DNA of 63,722 bases, filler included, from Conidiobolus incongruus B7586 (GCA_000697335.1; 29 parts of 29 records of this genome joined end to end with filler, not necessarily neighbours in it), one strand, 5' to 3'. Positions 1 through 13,116 are shown, counted from the whole stretch's first letter. The notes: generated by a model not told the origin, from the sequence alone. Numbers and translations: made by a program.

Positions 1-1128
1 ATAAGTTATTTAATTTAATTATGCTTAAATTAAATAATAATCATTAAAAGTCTTTTATTTTAATATCAGTAAAACTTAACCATAAACCCTATAAAATTAT
101 TTAAAATTTACAAACAGCTATTGATAATAAAATATTATCTAAATTTATAATTTATTGCTAGGTAAATCACTTTAAAACTAGGAGAGAAACTATCTAAAAC
201 TTGCTAAAATTTAAAAGACTAACTTCAATTATTACTCTTTTAATTATTAATAGAGTGAAAAAATACATTGAAAAGCATCTTTTTATTTCAGCTAGAGAAT
301 TATCTAAGTACTTTAATATTAGTTTTATAAGAATTTTATATATCTTAATATTTAAACTTAAATTAATAAATAAAAATATAAAATAAGTACCTTATAATTT
401 AACTAAAGCTTAGAAAAAAGCTAGAGTAGTTATTACTAAATAAAACTTACTAAAATATTACTAGAAGCCTAAACTTTTATAGCAAATGATTATAATTGAT
501 AAACCTTAGATCCTTATATATAATCCTTTACTAAAACACAAATCAAGATACTAGATTAAGCCAAATCAACCCCCTTTATAAATCCCTTTAAATAAGTATT
601 TTGTTAATAAATGAATGTTAATTATTATAATAGATTATAATTTTATATGCTACTTTTATTTAATTCTTAAAGAAAAATCAATTAATAATAAACTTTATAT
701 TGCTTTTTTAAATATAAGTATTTTTAATTGGTGTTTTTAATATAATTTGAAAAGACTTATTATTTTACATAATAATTGTAAAATATATAAATCTAAACCT
801 ATAAAAAACTTTCTAATTAAAAAAAACCAGAAAAAACTACCATATTTAATATACTCTTTAGATTATAACCTATATGATTATAATTGCTTTAGATAATTAA
901 AAGACTAGATTATAAGAAAGAAAATTTCTATAAGAAAATTTAATTAGTTTATAAAATATCAAATTTTAGTCTTTAATTAAAAGAACCATTTTTTAGATGT
1001 TAGATCTTTGCTAAAAGTATAGTAAAAAGTTATTAATAATTAAAGAAACTATTAAATTTATATTATATATTAAAATATTTATTTATTTTGAATCACAAAA
1101 AATTCCCATTATTAAAAATACAGAGTAA
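1..1128 (+). mobile_element. mariner-like (DD34D) transposon, subfamily A1, mutated; 5' end cut by window
   Basis: Contains dead transposase 21-1055. The 3' TIR ...AATTCCCATTATTAAAAATACAGAGTAA is followed by TA at 1129-1130 and matches the reverse complement of TTACCCTGTAATTTTAATAATGGGAA at 23827. Confidence 0.88.
21..1055 (+). pseudogene. mariner transposase pseudogene (344 codons, frame intact, many stops)
   Basis: Manual translation gives K*VPYNLT (WVPHNLT), ILHNNCKIY...LPYLIYSLDYNLYDY (ILHDN...H...LPHPxYSPDYNPCDY) with 34 residues between the second and third Asp positions, and terminal *(W)*KVINN*RNY. ORF 201..386 is a stop-free piece of it. Other copies restore W (7631), HDN (~47680), YSP (13621) and CDY (24085). 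Confidence 0.88.
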
Positions 1129-2030
1129 TATTATAAGAATATAAAAAGAATTATAAAACTATATAAAAATATTAGTTAATACTAATATTATTATATATAT
1201 TTTATATTATAATAGGTATTACTTATATCTTAAGAAAAAATTCCCTTGATTAAATAAATCTTATTTTAAAGTTTATTAAAGATTTAAATATCATTATTAA
1301 AGTTAAATTAAAAATAATTAGAGCAAGGTTATTTAGTTTAATAAAATAATAATATATTTAAATAAATTTAATAAAAAAATTAAATATTTTAGAAAAAAAA
1401 TTATTTTTTGACTGTTATATTATTTAAGCCTAAAAATATAATAATAGGTTCATTATAATTTAGGGATATATATTATCTTTTAATATAAATTATCTTTATA
1501 AAATTGATAAAGGAATTAATTTTAAGATATATTCAAATATTTTAGATAATAAATTACAAAAAACTATTGAATGAAATAGGTTGAATAAATCAAATATTAT
1601 TTTCTAATAAAATAATACTTTTTTATATATTGTTATTTCTATTATCAAATGATTTACAAATAATAAAGTAATAGTTATAAAGTAATTTTTTTAATCTATT
1701 AATTTGAATCTAATTCAATATTTTTGGGATTAAATAAAAAAAATTAAAACTTTCCTATTAGTAAAAAATTTAAATAAGCTTTATAAATATATTTAAAAAG
1801 TTTAAAACATAATTGATTCTTTTTAATATAAGGAATTAGCTGATTTTATATATAACAAACTTAAAGAAATTAGAAAAACAAAAGATTAATATATTAAGTG
1901 TTAATTTCCTTTTTATAACCAAAATATACAAATTTATAACTTATCTTAAGTAAAATTTAAATTCTGATATATCAATTAAAAGTTAATATAATTAGATTAT
2001 ATATATTTAATTATAAATAAATAATATAAG
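1129..2030 (+). mobile_element. Tc1-like element (subfamily B2), 3' part, interrupted by the mariner copy
   Basis: Sequence after the mariner TA aligns by eye to 12176-13110 (transposase 3' two-thirds plus 3' UTR). Confidence 0.8.
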
Positions 2031-2130
2031 NNNNNNNNNNNNNNNNNNNNNNNNNNNNNNNNNNNNNNNNNNNNTTAATTAATTAANNNNNNNNNNNNNN
2101 NNNNNNNNNNNNNNNNNNNNNNNNNNNNNN
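2031..2130. other. Artificial contig linker (44 N + TTAATTAATTAA + 44 N), first of 28
   Basis: Identical 100-nt units start at 2031, 4144, 5850, 7427, 9972, 11635, 13117, 15032, 16555, 17882, 19434, 20701, 22391, 23545, 24702, 26369, 27550, 28825, 29991, 31601, 32985, 34215, 35424, 36674, 43408, 49814, 55866, 61896. The 12-mer is palindromic and places TAA stops in all six frames, typical of pseudomolecule joining. Confidence 0.97.
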
Positions 2131-2798
2131 TTAGTTAAATTATTAACCCTAAAATTTTATCTAAAGTTATAATTTTATAAGTTTTTAATAATAGAAAGTA
2201 TTTACACTTATTATAACTATCTTTAGCTTTTTCAACTTCTTTGAAAAATATAAAATAAATTAAATTTTTATATTAAAACAGGTTAATCTAGTTTTTTATT
2301 TCTATATTAAATTTTATACCTAATTTAAAATTTTTATTAAAAGGAAAAACTATAATATTTCATTTTAATTAATTTTAAAAATATCTAATTAAATTAAGAT
2401 TAAAAAATTAATAAAGCTATTTTATAACTATTATATTGTTATTTTTAAGCTATTTGGTAATAAAAGTAATAATATAACAATAGCTATTATTTTGTTAAAA
2501 AATAATATTAAATTTGTTTAACTTATATTATTAAATAATTTTTTTTAAATTAAGTATATAAAAAACTCTAATATATCTTAACTTTAATTCCATCATTAAT
2601 TTTACAAAAATAATTTATATTTTAAAATAATATTCAGCCTAAAATAATAATTAACTTATTATTTTATTATTTGGAAAATTAGCATAATATTTATAAAGTG
2701 ATTTAATATCTTTATTATAATATTTAATTATTTATTAAATTTACCAAAACATAAATTTTTGATTAAACTAAATAAATTTAATTAAAATTAGTTTGATA
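2131..2798 (-). mobile_element. Tc1-like element fragment (transposase 3' half)
   Basis: Reverse complement of the Tc1 C-terminal region and inner DR; ends at TA 2797-2798 where a mariner TIR begins. Confidence 0.75.
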
Positions 2799-2922
2799 TT
2801 ATCTTAAATTTAAAATAATGCAAAACTTTTTAATTTCTGATTTTCCAAATATATTATTAGTTTGAAATATATAAATATATATAAAGCTAATAGGAAATTT
2901 ATATTTTTAAAAATTATATATA
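2799..2922 (+). mobile_element. mariner A1 5' end stub
   Basis: TTATCTTAAATTTAAAATAATG...TAATTTCTGATTTTCCAAATATATTATTAG matches the mariner 5' end at 34321-34430. Confidence 0.7.
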
Positions 2923-2924
2923 TA

Positions 2925-4143
2925 TTAACCTAAAAATGTAAGTCATAAAATCAAAAATACTTATATCTTTACCAATAACTTGATTAATATTTAATGAAAT
3001 AAACCTAAATTAAATAATTAAAATCTATTATATTTATTAATAGTAAATATCATTAAATGATGATATTTAGTTATTAATTAGTTGAAATATAAACTTTTAA
3101 ATTTTACTTAAGATGAGGTATAAATTTATAGGTTTTTAGTGATTAAAAAATTAAAACCTAGTATATTTACCTTTAGCTTTTGTAACTTCTTTGAATTGAT
3201 AAGATATAAAATCAATTAATTTTTTATATTAAGAAAGATTAACCTTATTCTATACTTCTTGAATATATTGCCAAAGCTAATTTAAATCTTTTACTAAAAG
3301 GAAAGATTTAATAGCTTTTTTTAATTAATTTTGAAGATATTTAAATAGATTAAGGTTAAGAGATTGAAAAAGCTATTTTATAACTATTATCTTATTATTT
3401 TTAAGTTATTTGTTAATAAAAGCTATAATTTAACAAAAAGTATTATCCTATCAAAAAATAATATCAAATTTGTTTAACCTATAGTATTTAATAGTTTTTT
3501 TCAATTTATTGTTTAGAATATTTTAGTATATTTTAGTATTAATTCCCCTATTAATTTTATAAAGATACTTTATATCTAAAAACAATATATATCCCTAAAT
3601 AATAATTAACCTACTATTGTATTTTTGGGTAGAATTAATATTATGATTATAAAGTAATTTTATATCTTTTTTAAAATACTTAGATTTTCTATTAAATTTA
3701 CTAAAATATGTTTTTATTTTATTAAACTAAATAACCTTATTCTAATTAGTTTTAATTAAATATTAATAATGATATTTAAACTCCCATTTAATTTTATATT
3801 GAGATTTCTTTAGTTGGGGGTGTTTTTTCTTAAAGTATAAGTAATATCTATATTAATATAAAATATATATAATAGTATTAATACTAATTAATATTCTTAT
3901 ATAGTTTTATAATTCATATTATATTTCTACAATAGTGTTATATTTACCTGTATTAACTAACTTATAAATATACTTCTTATTATATTCATTTATAGTTTTA
4001 ATACACTTAATTTTAAGTTTAAATATGTTTTTATTATTACTTTTAATAACCTTAACTATAGTAAACTAGCTAACACTAATAATTTTTACAATATTATAAA
4101 CTGATTTACTTACTTTATAAAGTTAATTAATATACAAATAGAT
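2925..4143 (-). mobile_element. Tc1-like element (subfamily B1)
   Basis: TA then TTAACCTAAAAATGTAAGTCATAAAATCAAAA terminus, inner DR ~3110-3130, transposase on minus strand. Confidence 0.85.
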
Positions 4144-4745
4144 NNNNNNNNNNNNNNNNNNNNNNNNNNNNNNNNNNNNNNNNNNNNTTAATTAATTAAN
4201 NNNNNNNNNNNNNNNNNNNNNNNNNNNNNNNNNNNNNNNNNNNATTAAATTTTTAAATAAATTTTTTTTAAGTTAAATAAAATAGTTTATTATATAGATA
4301 TATTAAGTTATTAAATAAGTAGTATTTTTTTAGTTTTTTTATAAAATTATAATAGCTATTAATATATTTATTAAGGTATTCTTTAAAGGTTAAAATAAGA
4401 AGTTATTATTTTAACTTTTATATTATATAGTTATACTTTTAATAAGATATCTTATTATGATTTATAATTGAGTTTTAAAACTATAATTAATAATTAAAAA
4501 GTATTTTGTTAAAATATCTTTATATTTTTTAAGAATAATTAATTGATTTTTTCTGTTAAAGTTTTATAGTTTTTTTCTAAACATTCTTATATAGTTATTT
4601 GATTAATTTTATCTTTAATTAATATAATGTTTTTTTAAATCTATTGTTACTAATATTATTGATAAATATATTAATTTTAGTTTAGATATTTTAAGTAATA
4701 AATTTAAACTATAATTTCAATAAGAATTAAATTATTTTGCTATTA

Positions 4746-5849
4746 TTACTTGGTAATTTAAATAATGGGAATTTTTTGAAATTAAAAAAAATAAACAATT
4801 TAAAATATAAAAAATAAAAATAAATATATAATATCAAAATAATTATTTCTATTATTTCTAATAATATTTTGCGATATTTTTGATAAAAATCTAATATTTA
4901 AATAATAATTCTTTTTATTAAAAATTGAAATTTCATATTTTACAAATTAATTAAATTTTCCTATAGAAATTTTCTTTCTTATAAGCTTGTTTTTTAATTG
5001 CTTCAAATAATTATAGTCATATATGTTATAGTCTAAAGAATATATTAGATATGGTAGTTTTTTTAGTTATTTTTAATTAGAAAATTTTTTATATCTTTAA
5101 ATTTATAAATTTTATAATTAATATATAAAATAATAAGTTTTCTCAAATTATATTAAAAATATCAATTTAAAATGGTTTTATTTAAAAAGAAATATAAAGT
5201 TTATTATTAATTGGTATTTTTTTAAAAATCAAATCAAAATTGTATATGCCATTATAATTTATTATAATGATTAACATTTGCTTATCAATAAAGTATTTAT
5301 TTAAAAAAATTTATAAAAAGGGTTGATTTAACTTAATCTAACACTTTGATATATGTTTTGATAAAGGATTATATAAAAAAACTTAAGATTTATCAATTGT
5401 AATAATTTGTTATAAAAGCTTTGGTTTCTAGTTATACTTTAGTAAGTTTTATTTAATAATAACTACTCTAGCATTTTTTAAGCTTTAGTTAAATTATAAG
5501 ATATCTAATTTAAATTTTTATTAATTAATTTTAATTTAAACTTCAATATATATAAAATACTTATATGACTAATATTAAATTAGCTTGATAATTTTTTTAC
5601 TAAAATAAAAAAATACTTATTAAAATTTTTTTTGATTCTATTAATAATTAAAAAAGTAATAGTTGAAATTAATTTATTAAATTTCTATAAGTTTTGGGTA
5701 ATTTCATTTTTAACTTTAAAATAATTTATCTAGCAATAAATTGTTAATTTAGATAATACTTTATTATTAAAAGATATTTGTAAATTTTTTATGATTTTAA
5801 AAGGTTTATAGTTAAGTTTTATTAATATTAAAATAAGAATTTTAATAAT
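4746..5849 (-). mobile_element. mariner A1 copy
   Basis: TA + TTACTTGGTAATTTAAATAATGGGAATTTTTT TIR; body is the reverse complement of 40-1128. Confidence 0.85.
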
Positions 5850-6017
5850 NNNNNNNNNNNNNNNNNNNNNNNNNNNNNNNNNNNNNNNNNNNNTTAATTA
5901 ATTAANNNNNNNNNNNNNNNNNNNNNNNNNNNNNNNNNNNNNNNNNNNNTTATATTTCTATATTATATTATACTATTTTATATCAAACTATTTTTATATT
6001 AAGTTTTACTTTATATA

Positions 6018-7426
6018 TCAACCTATAAAAGTAAGTTATAAAATCAAAAACACTTATATTTTTTCTAATAACTTAATTAATATTTAATAAAATAAGCTTA
6101 AATTAAATAATTAAAATCTATTATATTTATTAATTATATATATCATTAAATGATGATGTTTAGCTATTAATTGTTTAAAATATAAATCTTTAAATTTTAC
6201 CTAGGGTAAGTTATAAATTTGTATGTTTTTGGTGATAAAAAAAATTAAAACTTAATATATCTATTTTTAGCTTTTTTAACTTCTTTAAGTTTATAGGGTA
6301 TAAAATCAACTAATTTCTTACACTAAAAAAGGTTAATTATGTTTTATAATTCTTAAATATATTTTTAAAGTTGATCTAAATCTTTTACTAAAGGGAAAAC
6401 TTTAATAGCTTTTTTTAACTAATCCCAAAAATATTTAATTAGATTAAAGTTAAAAGATTAAGAAAGTTACTTCATAATTGTTATTTTGTTATTTTTAAGC
6501 TATTTGGTAATAAAAGCTATAGTATAATAAAAGGCATTATCTTACTAAAAAATAACATTAGATTTATTTAACCTATATTATTTAGTGGTTTTTTTCAATT
6601 TATTGTTTAGAATACTTTAATATATCTTAGTATTAATTCCCCTATTAACTTTATAAAGATATTTTATACCTAAAGATAATATATATCCTTAAATAATAAT
6701 TAACCTATTATTATACTTTTGGGTAAAATTAATATGATGGTTATAAAGTAACTTTGTATTTTTTTTAAAGCATCTAGCTTTTTTATTAGATTTACTAAAA
6801 TATATTTTTGTTTTATTAGACTAAATAACTTTATTTTAATTAGTTTTAGTTTAATATTAATGATGATATTTAAACTCCCACCTAGCTTTACAATAAGATT
6901 TCTTTAATTAAAGGTGTTTTTTCTTAAAATGTAAATGATATCTATGCTAACATAAAATATATATAATAGTATTAGTGTTAACTAATATTCTTATATAATT
7001 TTATAATTCCTATTATATTTCTATAGTAATACTATATTTACTTGTATTAACTAACTTATAAATATACTTCTTATTATATTTATCTATAATTTTAACACAT
7101 TTAAGTTTAAGTTTAAATGTTTTTTTATTTTTATTCTTAACAAGCTTAACTATAGTAAACTAGCTAACACTAGTAATTCTAATAATATCACAAGTTGATT
7201 TACCTTTTTTATAAAGCTAATTAATATACAAATAGATTTTTTTAGTGAGGGATTTAAGTATAATAATACTAATAAAAAAATTTAGTATATTTATATAATA
7301 TTATATAAAATAATAACAAAAAGAGAAAAAAGATATGGTTATATATTGTTAAATATATTTCTTTTTCTTAAAAACATATAAATTTATAACTTATTTTAGT
7401 TAAATATTAAAGGTTAATATTTTTAC
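6018..7426 (-). mobile_element. Tc1-like B1 copy
   Basis: TA + TCAACCTATAAAAGTAAGTTATAAAATCAAAAACAC terminus; minus strand reads F**DNA at ~6533-6550. Confidence 0.87.
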
Positions 7427-7526
7427 NNNNNNNNNNNNNNNNNNNNNNNNNNNNNNNNNNNNNNNNNNNNTTAATTAATTAANNNNNNNNNNNNNNNNNN
7501 NNNNNNNNNNNNNNNNNNNNNNNNNN

Positions 7527-9971
7527 AATCTTTTTATTTTAGAAAATTATCTAAAGACTTTAATATTATTTTTATTAGTATTTTATATATATTAAAGTTT
7601 AAACGTAAATTATTAAATAAAAATATAAAATGGATAACTTATAATTTAATTAAAGCTTAAAAAAGTTAGTATAATTATTGTTAAACAAAACATATTAAAA
7701 TATTACCAAAGGTTTAAATTTTTATAATAAATAATTTTAATTGATTAATCTTAGATCCTTATGTATAATTTTTTAATAAAATATAAATCAAGATATTAGA
7801 TTAAGCTAAATCAACCCCTTTCACAAATTCTTTTAAATAAATATTTTATTAATAAGTAAATATTAATTATTATATTAAATTATAATGGTATATGCTACTT
7901 TTATTTAATTCCTGATGAAAAATCAATTAATTGTAAAATTTATATTATTTTCAAAATAAAAGTATTTATAATTAGTGTTCTTAATATAATTTGAGAAAAC
8001 TGATTATTTTTATATGATGATTACAAAATACATAAATTTAAAACTATAAAAACCTTTCAAATTAAAATTAACTAGAAAAAACTACTATATTTATTATATT
8101 CTTTATATTATAACTTGTCTGATTATAATTGCTTTAGGTAATTAAAAAAACAATATATAAAAAAGAAAATTTTAAAAAAATATTTAATTGATTTGTAAAA
8201 TAATAAATTTTAGTTTTTAATAAAAAAAAATTATTAATTAAATATAAAGTCTTTGTTATAAATATCACAAAAGTTTTTAATAATAAAAAAAACTATTAAA
8301 TTTATTCTTTAACCTACAAAAGTAAGTTATAAAATCAAAAACATCTATGTTTTGATTAATAACTTAATTAATATATAATAAAATAAACTTAAATTAAATA
8401 ATTAAAATTTATTATATTAATTAATAGTATATATCATTAAATGATAATATTTAGCTATTAATTGGTTAAAATATAAACTTTTAAATTTTATCTAAAGTGA
8501 GTTATTAATTTATATGTTTTTGTTGAAAAAGAAAATTAAAATTTAATGTATCTATTTTTAGTTTTTCCAACTTCTTTAATTTTTTAGGCTATAAAATCAA
8601 CTAACTTCTTATATTAAGAAAGGTTAATATTATTCTATGTTTTTAAATATATTTTTAAACCTATTTTAAATTTTTTATTAAAGGGAAAACTTTAATAACT
8701 TTATTTAACTAATCCCAAAGGTATTTAATTAATTTAAAGTTAAAAGATTGAAAAAGATATTTTATAATTATTATCTTGTTATTATTACATTATTTAGTAA
8801 TAAAAGCTATAGAATAACAAGAAATAATATCTTATTAGAAAATAACATTAAATTTATTTAACCTGTATTATTTAATAGTTTTTTTTTAATTTATTATTTA
8901 AAATACTTTAATATATCTTGATATTAATTCCTCTATTAATTTTATAAAAATATTTTATATCTAAAAATAATATATATCCTTCAATAATAATTTACCTATT
9001 ATTATACTTTTGGGTAAAATTAATATAATGGTTATAAGGTAGTTTTGTATTTTTTCTAAAGTATCTAGCTTTTTTATTATAACTAATAAAATATAATTTT
9101 GTTTTATTAAACTAAATAACCTTATTTTAATTAGTTTTAATTGAATATTAATAATGGTATTTAAACTCCTATCTAGTTTTATAATATGATTTCTTTAATT
9201 ACTGATGTTTTTTCTTTAGATATAAATAATATCTATATTAATATAAAATATATATAATAGTACTAATAATAATTAATATTCTTATATAGTCTTATAGTTC
9301 TTATTATATTTCTATAATAATACTATATGTTCTTATATTAATTAATCATATATATATACTTCTTATTATATTTATCTATAATTTTAATATACTTAAGTTT
9401 AAGTTTATATATGTCTTTATTATTATTCTTAACAAATTTAACTATAGTAGATTAACTAACACTAGTAATTCTAATAAAATTATAAATTAATTTATCTTTT
9501 TTATATAGTAGATTAATATGTAAGTAAATTTTTTTAGAGAGTGATTTAAGTATAATGATATTAATAAAAAAATTTAGCAAATTTATAAAATATTATATAA
9601 AATAATAACAAAAAGAGAAAAATAATATAGTTATAAATTGTTAAATATATCCCCTTATCTCAAAAACCAGTAAATTTATAACTTATCTTAGTTATATATT
9701 AAGGATTAATATTTTTGCTAATATTTTACTAAATATATCTAAATATATTTATTTATTATCAAAAAATATACCTTAATTATATATTATAGTTTCAAGTAAT
9801 CTTATATATATTATTGTTTTAATTATTAATTAAAAAATATATATTTTTGATTTTATAACTTATTTTTATAGGTTAGTATATTATATAGTTATTTTTATAT
9901 ATCATATATTAAAATATATATTTATTTTTAATTATTAAAAATTAACATTATTAAATATATTATTTAATAAT
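7527..9971 (+). mobile_element. mariner A1 copy interrupted in its 3' UTR by a Tc1 element
   Basis: 7527-8307 aligns to the mariner ORF; the mariner 3' terminal sequence resumes at ~9890-9971 after the Tc1 insert. Confidence 0.75.
8309..9876 (-). mobile_element. Full-length Tc1-like B1 element (~1.57 kb) with both termini
   Basis: Left TTAACCTACAAAAGTAAGTTATAAAATCAAAAACAT; right end reverse complement CTAACCTATAAAAATAAGTTATAAAATCAAAAATAT followed by TA; inner DRs at 8494-8510 and 9671-9690. Confidence 0.88.
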
Positions 9972-10156
9972 NNNNNNNNNNNNNNNNNNNNNNNNNNNNN
10001 NNNNNNNNNNNNNNNTTAATTAATTAANNNNNNNNNNNNNNNNNNNNNNNNNNNNNNNNNNNNNNNNNNNNCAAAATATTAAATATTAATTTTATATATC
10101 AAATTAACTTTTGATTAATAAAATTTTTAATTATATATTTTTTATTTTATTATATA

Positions 10157-11634
10157 TTAACTCATAAAAATGAGTTATAAAATCAAAAACACTTATATTT
10201 TTATTATTAGTTTAATTAATATTTAATGAAATAAACTTATTTTAAATAATTAAAATCTATTATAAATATTAATAATTTATGTTATTAAATAATATTATTA
10301 GTTATTAACTGGTTAAATTATTATCCCTTAAATTTTACCTAAAGTGATTTATAAATTTGTAGATTTTTGATGATAAAAAAAAATTAAAACCTAGTGTATC
10401 TACCTTTAGCATTTCTAACTTTTTTAAGTTTATAGGGTATAAAATCAATTAACTTCTTATATTAAGAGAGATTAATCTTATTCTATATTTCTTAAATATA
10501 TTTTTAAAGCTAATTTAAATCTTTTACTAGAGGGAAAACTTTAGTAGCTTTTTTTAATTAATTCCAAAAATATTTAATTAGGTTAAGGTTAAGAAATTAA
10601 AGAAGTTACTTTATAATTATTATATTATTATTTTTAAGCTATTTGGTAGTAAAAGCTATAATATAACAAAAAGTATTATCTTATTAGAAAATAAAATAAA
10701 ATTTGTCTAACCTATATTATTTAATATTTTTATTAATTTATTGTTTAGAATATTTTAATACATTTTAACATTAATTCCCCTATTAACTTTATAAAAATAC
10801 TTTATATCTAAAGATAGTATATATTTTTAAATAATAATTAACTTATTATTATACTTTTGGGTAGAATTAACATAATAGTTATAAAGTAATTTTATATTTT
10901 TTTTAAAATATTTAGCTTTTCTATTAACTTTACTAAAATATATTTTTGTTTTATTAAACTAAATAACCTTACTCAAAATTAATTTTAGTTTAACATTAGT
11001 AATGATATTTAAACTCTTGCCTAATTTTATAATGGGATTATTTTAGTTGGGGGTGTTTTTTCTTAAAATATAAATGATATATATGCTAATATAAAATATA
11101 TATGATATATATGCTAATATAAAATATATATAATAATATCAATATTAATTAATATTCTTGTATAGTATTATAACTTATGTTGTAAATCTATAGTAATATT
11201 ATATTTGCTTATATTAACTAACCTATAAATATACTTCTTATCATATTCATTTATAATTTTAACATATTTAAGTTTAAATTTAAATGTGTCTTTATTATTA
11301 TTTTTAACAACTTTAACTATAGTAAACTAACTAACACTAGTAATTCTAGCAATATCATAAGTTGATTTATCATTTTATAAAGTTAATTAATATATAAATA
11401 GATTTTTTTAAAAGGGGATTTAAGTAAAATAATATTAATAAAAAAAATTTAATATATCTATAAAATATTATATAAAATAATAGCAAAAAAAAAGATATAG
11501 TTATATATTGTTAAATATACCCTTTTATCTCAAAAACTAAAAATTTATGACTTATCTTAGTTAATTATTAAGGTTAATATTTTTGCTAATAATTTACTAA
11601 ATATATTTAAATATATTAATTTATTATTAAATAA
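10157..11634 (-). mobile_element. Tc1-like B1 copy
   Basis: TA + TTAACTCATAAAAATGAGTTATAAAATCAAAAACAC; collinear with 8309-9760. Confidence 0.87.
11074..11129. repeat. Perfect 2 x 28 bp tandem duplication inside a Tc1 copy
   Basis: ATGATATATATGCTAATATAAAATATAT at 11074-11101 and 11102-11129; single-copy in sister elements. Confidence 0.85.
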
Positions 11635-11734
11635 NNNNNNNNNNNNNNNNNNNNNNNNNNNNNNNNNNNNNNNNNNNNTTAATTAATTAANNNNNNNNNN
11701 NNNNNNNNNNNNNNNNNNNNNNNNNNNNNNNNNN

Positions 11735-13116
11735 ACTAACTATATTTGATTATATTTCATTAGCTATTGGTTAATATATCAAAACCTAAAATTTAACCAA
11801 GGTGAGTCATAAATTTGCAAGTTTATAAGTTAAGGGGGTATAAATAACAAAACTTATATATATTTTCTTTTTCTTTTATTATATTATATATAATATAAAA
11901 CTATTAAGCTAATATTTTAAAATTAATATTATAATGCTTAAATCTCTCTCTAAAAAGATTCATTTATATATTTATCAACTTTATAATGAAAATAAATCAA
12001 CTCATGAAATTGCTAGAATTACTAGTGTTAGCTAATCTACTATAGCTAGGGTTATTAAGAATAATGTTAAAAAAACACCTAAATTAAAACTAAAGTGTAT
12101 TAAGATTATAGATAAATATAATAAAAAGTATATTTATAGATTAGTTAATACAGGTAAATAAAATATTATTATAGAAGTATAATAAAAATTACAAGACTAT
12201 ATAAGAATATTAGTTAATATTAATACTAGTATATATATTTTATATTAGAATAGATATCACTTATATTTTAAGAAAAAACACCCCTAACTAAAGAAGTTTT
12301 ACTATAGGGTTAGGTAAGAGTTTAAATGTTAATACTAAAATTGAACTAAAACTAACTAAAGTAAGGTTATTTAGTCTAATGAAACAAAGATATATTTTAA
12401 TAAATCTAATAGAAAAGCTAGATATTTCAAAAAAAATAAAGAATTACTTTATAACCATTATGTTATTATAACCTAAAAATATAATAGTGGGTTAATTATA
12501 ATTTAGGGATATATGTTATCTTTAGGTATAGGGTATCTTTATAAAGTTAATAGGGGAATTAATGCTGAAATAAACTAAAGTATTTTAAATAATAAATTGA
12601 AAAAAACTATTGAGTGGTATAGACTAAAGAAATCAATTATTATTTTCTAACAAGATAATACACCTTATTATATTATAAATTCTACTATTAAATAGCTTAA
12701 AAATAACAAAATAACTATTATGAAATAACCTCCTTAATCTCTTAATCTTAACTCAATTGAATATCTTTAGGATTAACTAAAGAAATTAATTAAAACTTTC
12801 CCCTTAATAAAAAATTTAGATCAATTTTAGGAGTATATTCAAGAAGCTTAGAATAATATTAGTCCTAATTAAAATAAGAAGCTAGTTGACTCTATACCCC
12901 ATAAACTTAAAAAAGTTAGAAAAACAAAAGATAGATATACTAGATATTAATTTTTCTATTAATACTAAAACCTACAAATTTATAACTCATTTTAAATATA
13001 TTTTTAGTTTTAAATTATCAATTAATAATTAATTAAATTTAACTTTATATACTATATTATAAATAAAAAATATATATTAATTACATAGTTTAATATAAGT
13101 TTATTTAAATTAAAAT
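11735..13116 (+). mobile_element. Tc1-like B2 copy
   Basis: Inner DR GGTGAGTCATAAATTTGC at 11801-11818, transposase 11934-12950, inverted inner DR ~12974-12992. Confidence 0.9.
11934..12950 (+). pseudogene. Tc1-family (DD34E) transposase pseudogene, 338 codons, no frameshift
   Basis: Manual translation: STHEIARITSVS*STIARV (HTH), KVI*SNETK (WSDETK), GLIII*GYM (GSIMIWGCM), IF*QDNTP (FQQDNAP), *PP*SLNLNSIEYL* (WPPQSPDLNPIEHLW) with a 34-residue D-E spacing, and KLVDSIP..K.KDRYTRY*. I count about 24 internal stops by hand, typically at expected Gln/Trp positions. Confidence 0.93.

Noticed and set aside
201..386. 61-aa ORF as a standalone gene
   Set aside because: Stop-free fragment of the dead mariner transposase.
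2075..2086. Regularly recurring TTAATTAATTAA as a biological repeat or CRISPR-like array
   Set aside because: Always centred in exactly 44+44 N; a synthetic six-frame-stop linker.
11934..12950. Alternative genetic code (TAA/TAG = Gln or Trp) making the transposases intact
   Set aside because: Stops fall at both Gln and Trp positions, differ between copies and accompany missense transitions; real genes in the window end in TAA/TAG and have no internal stops.
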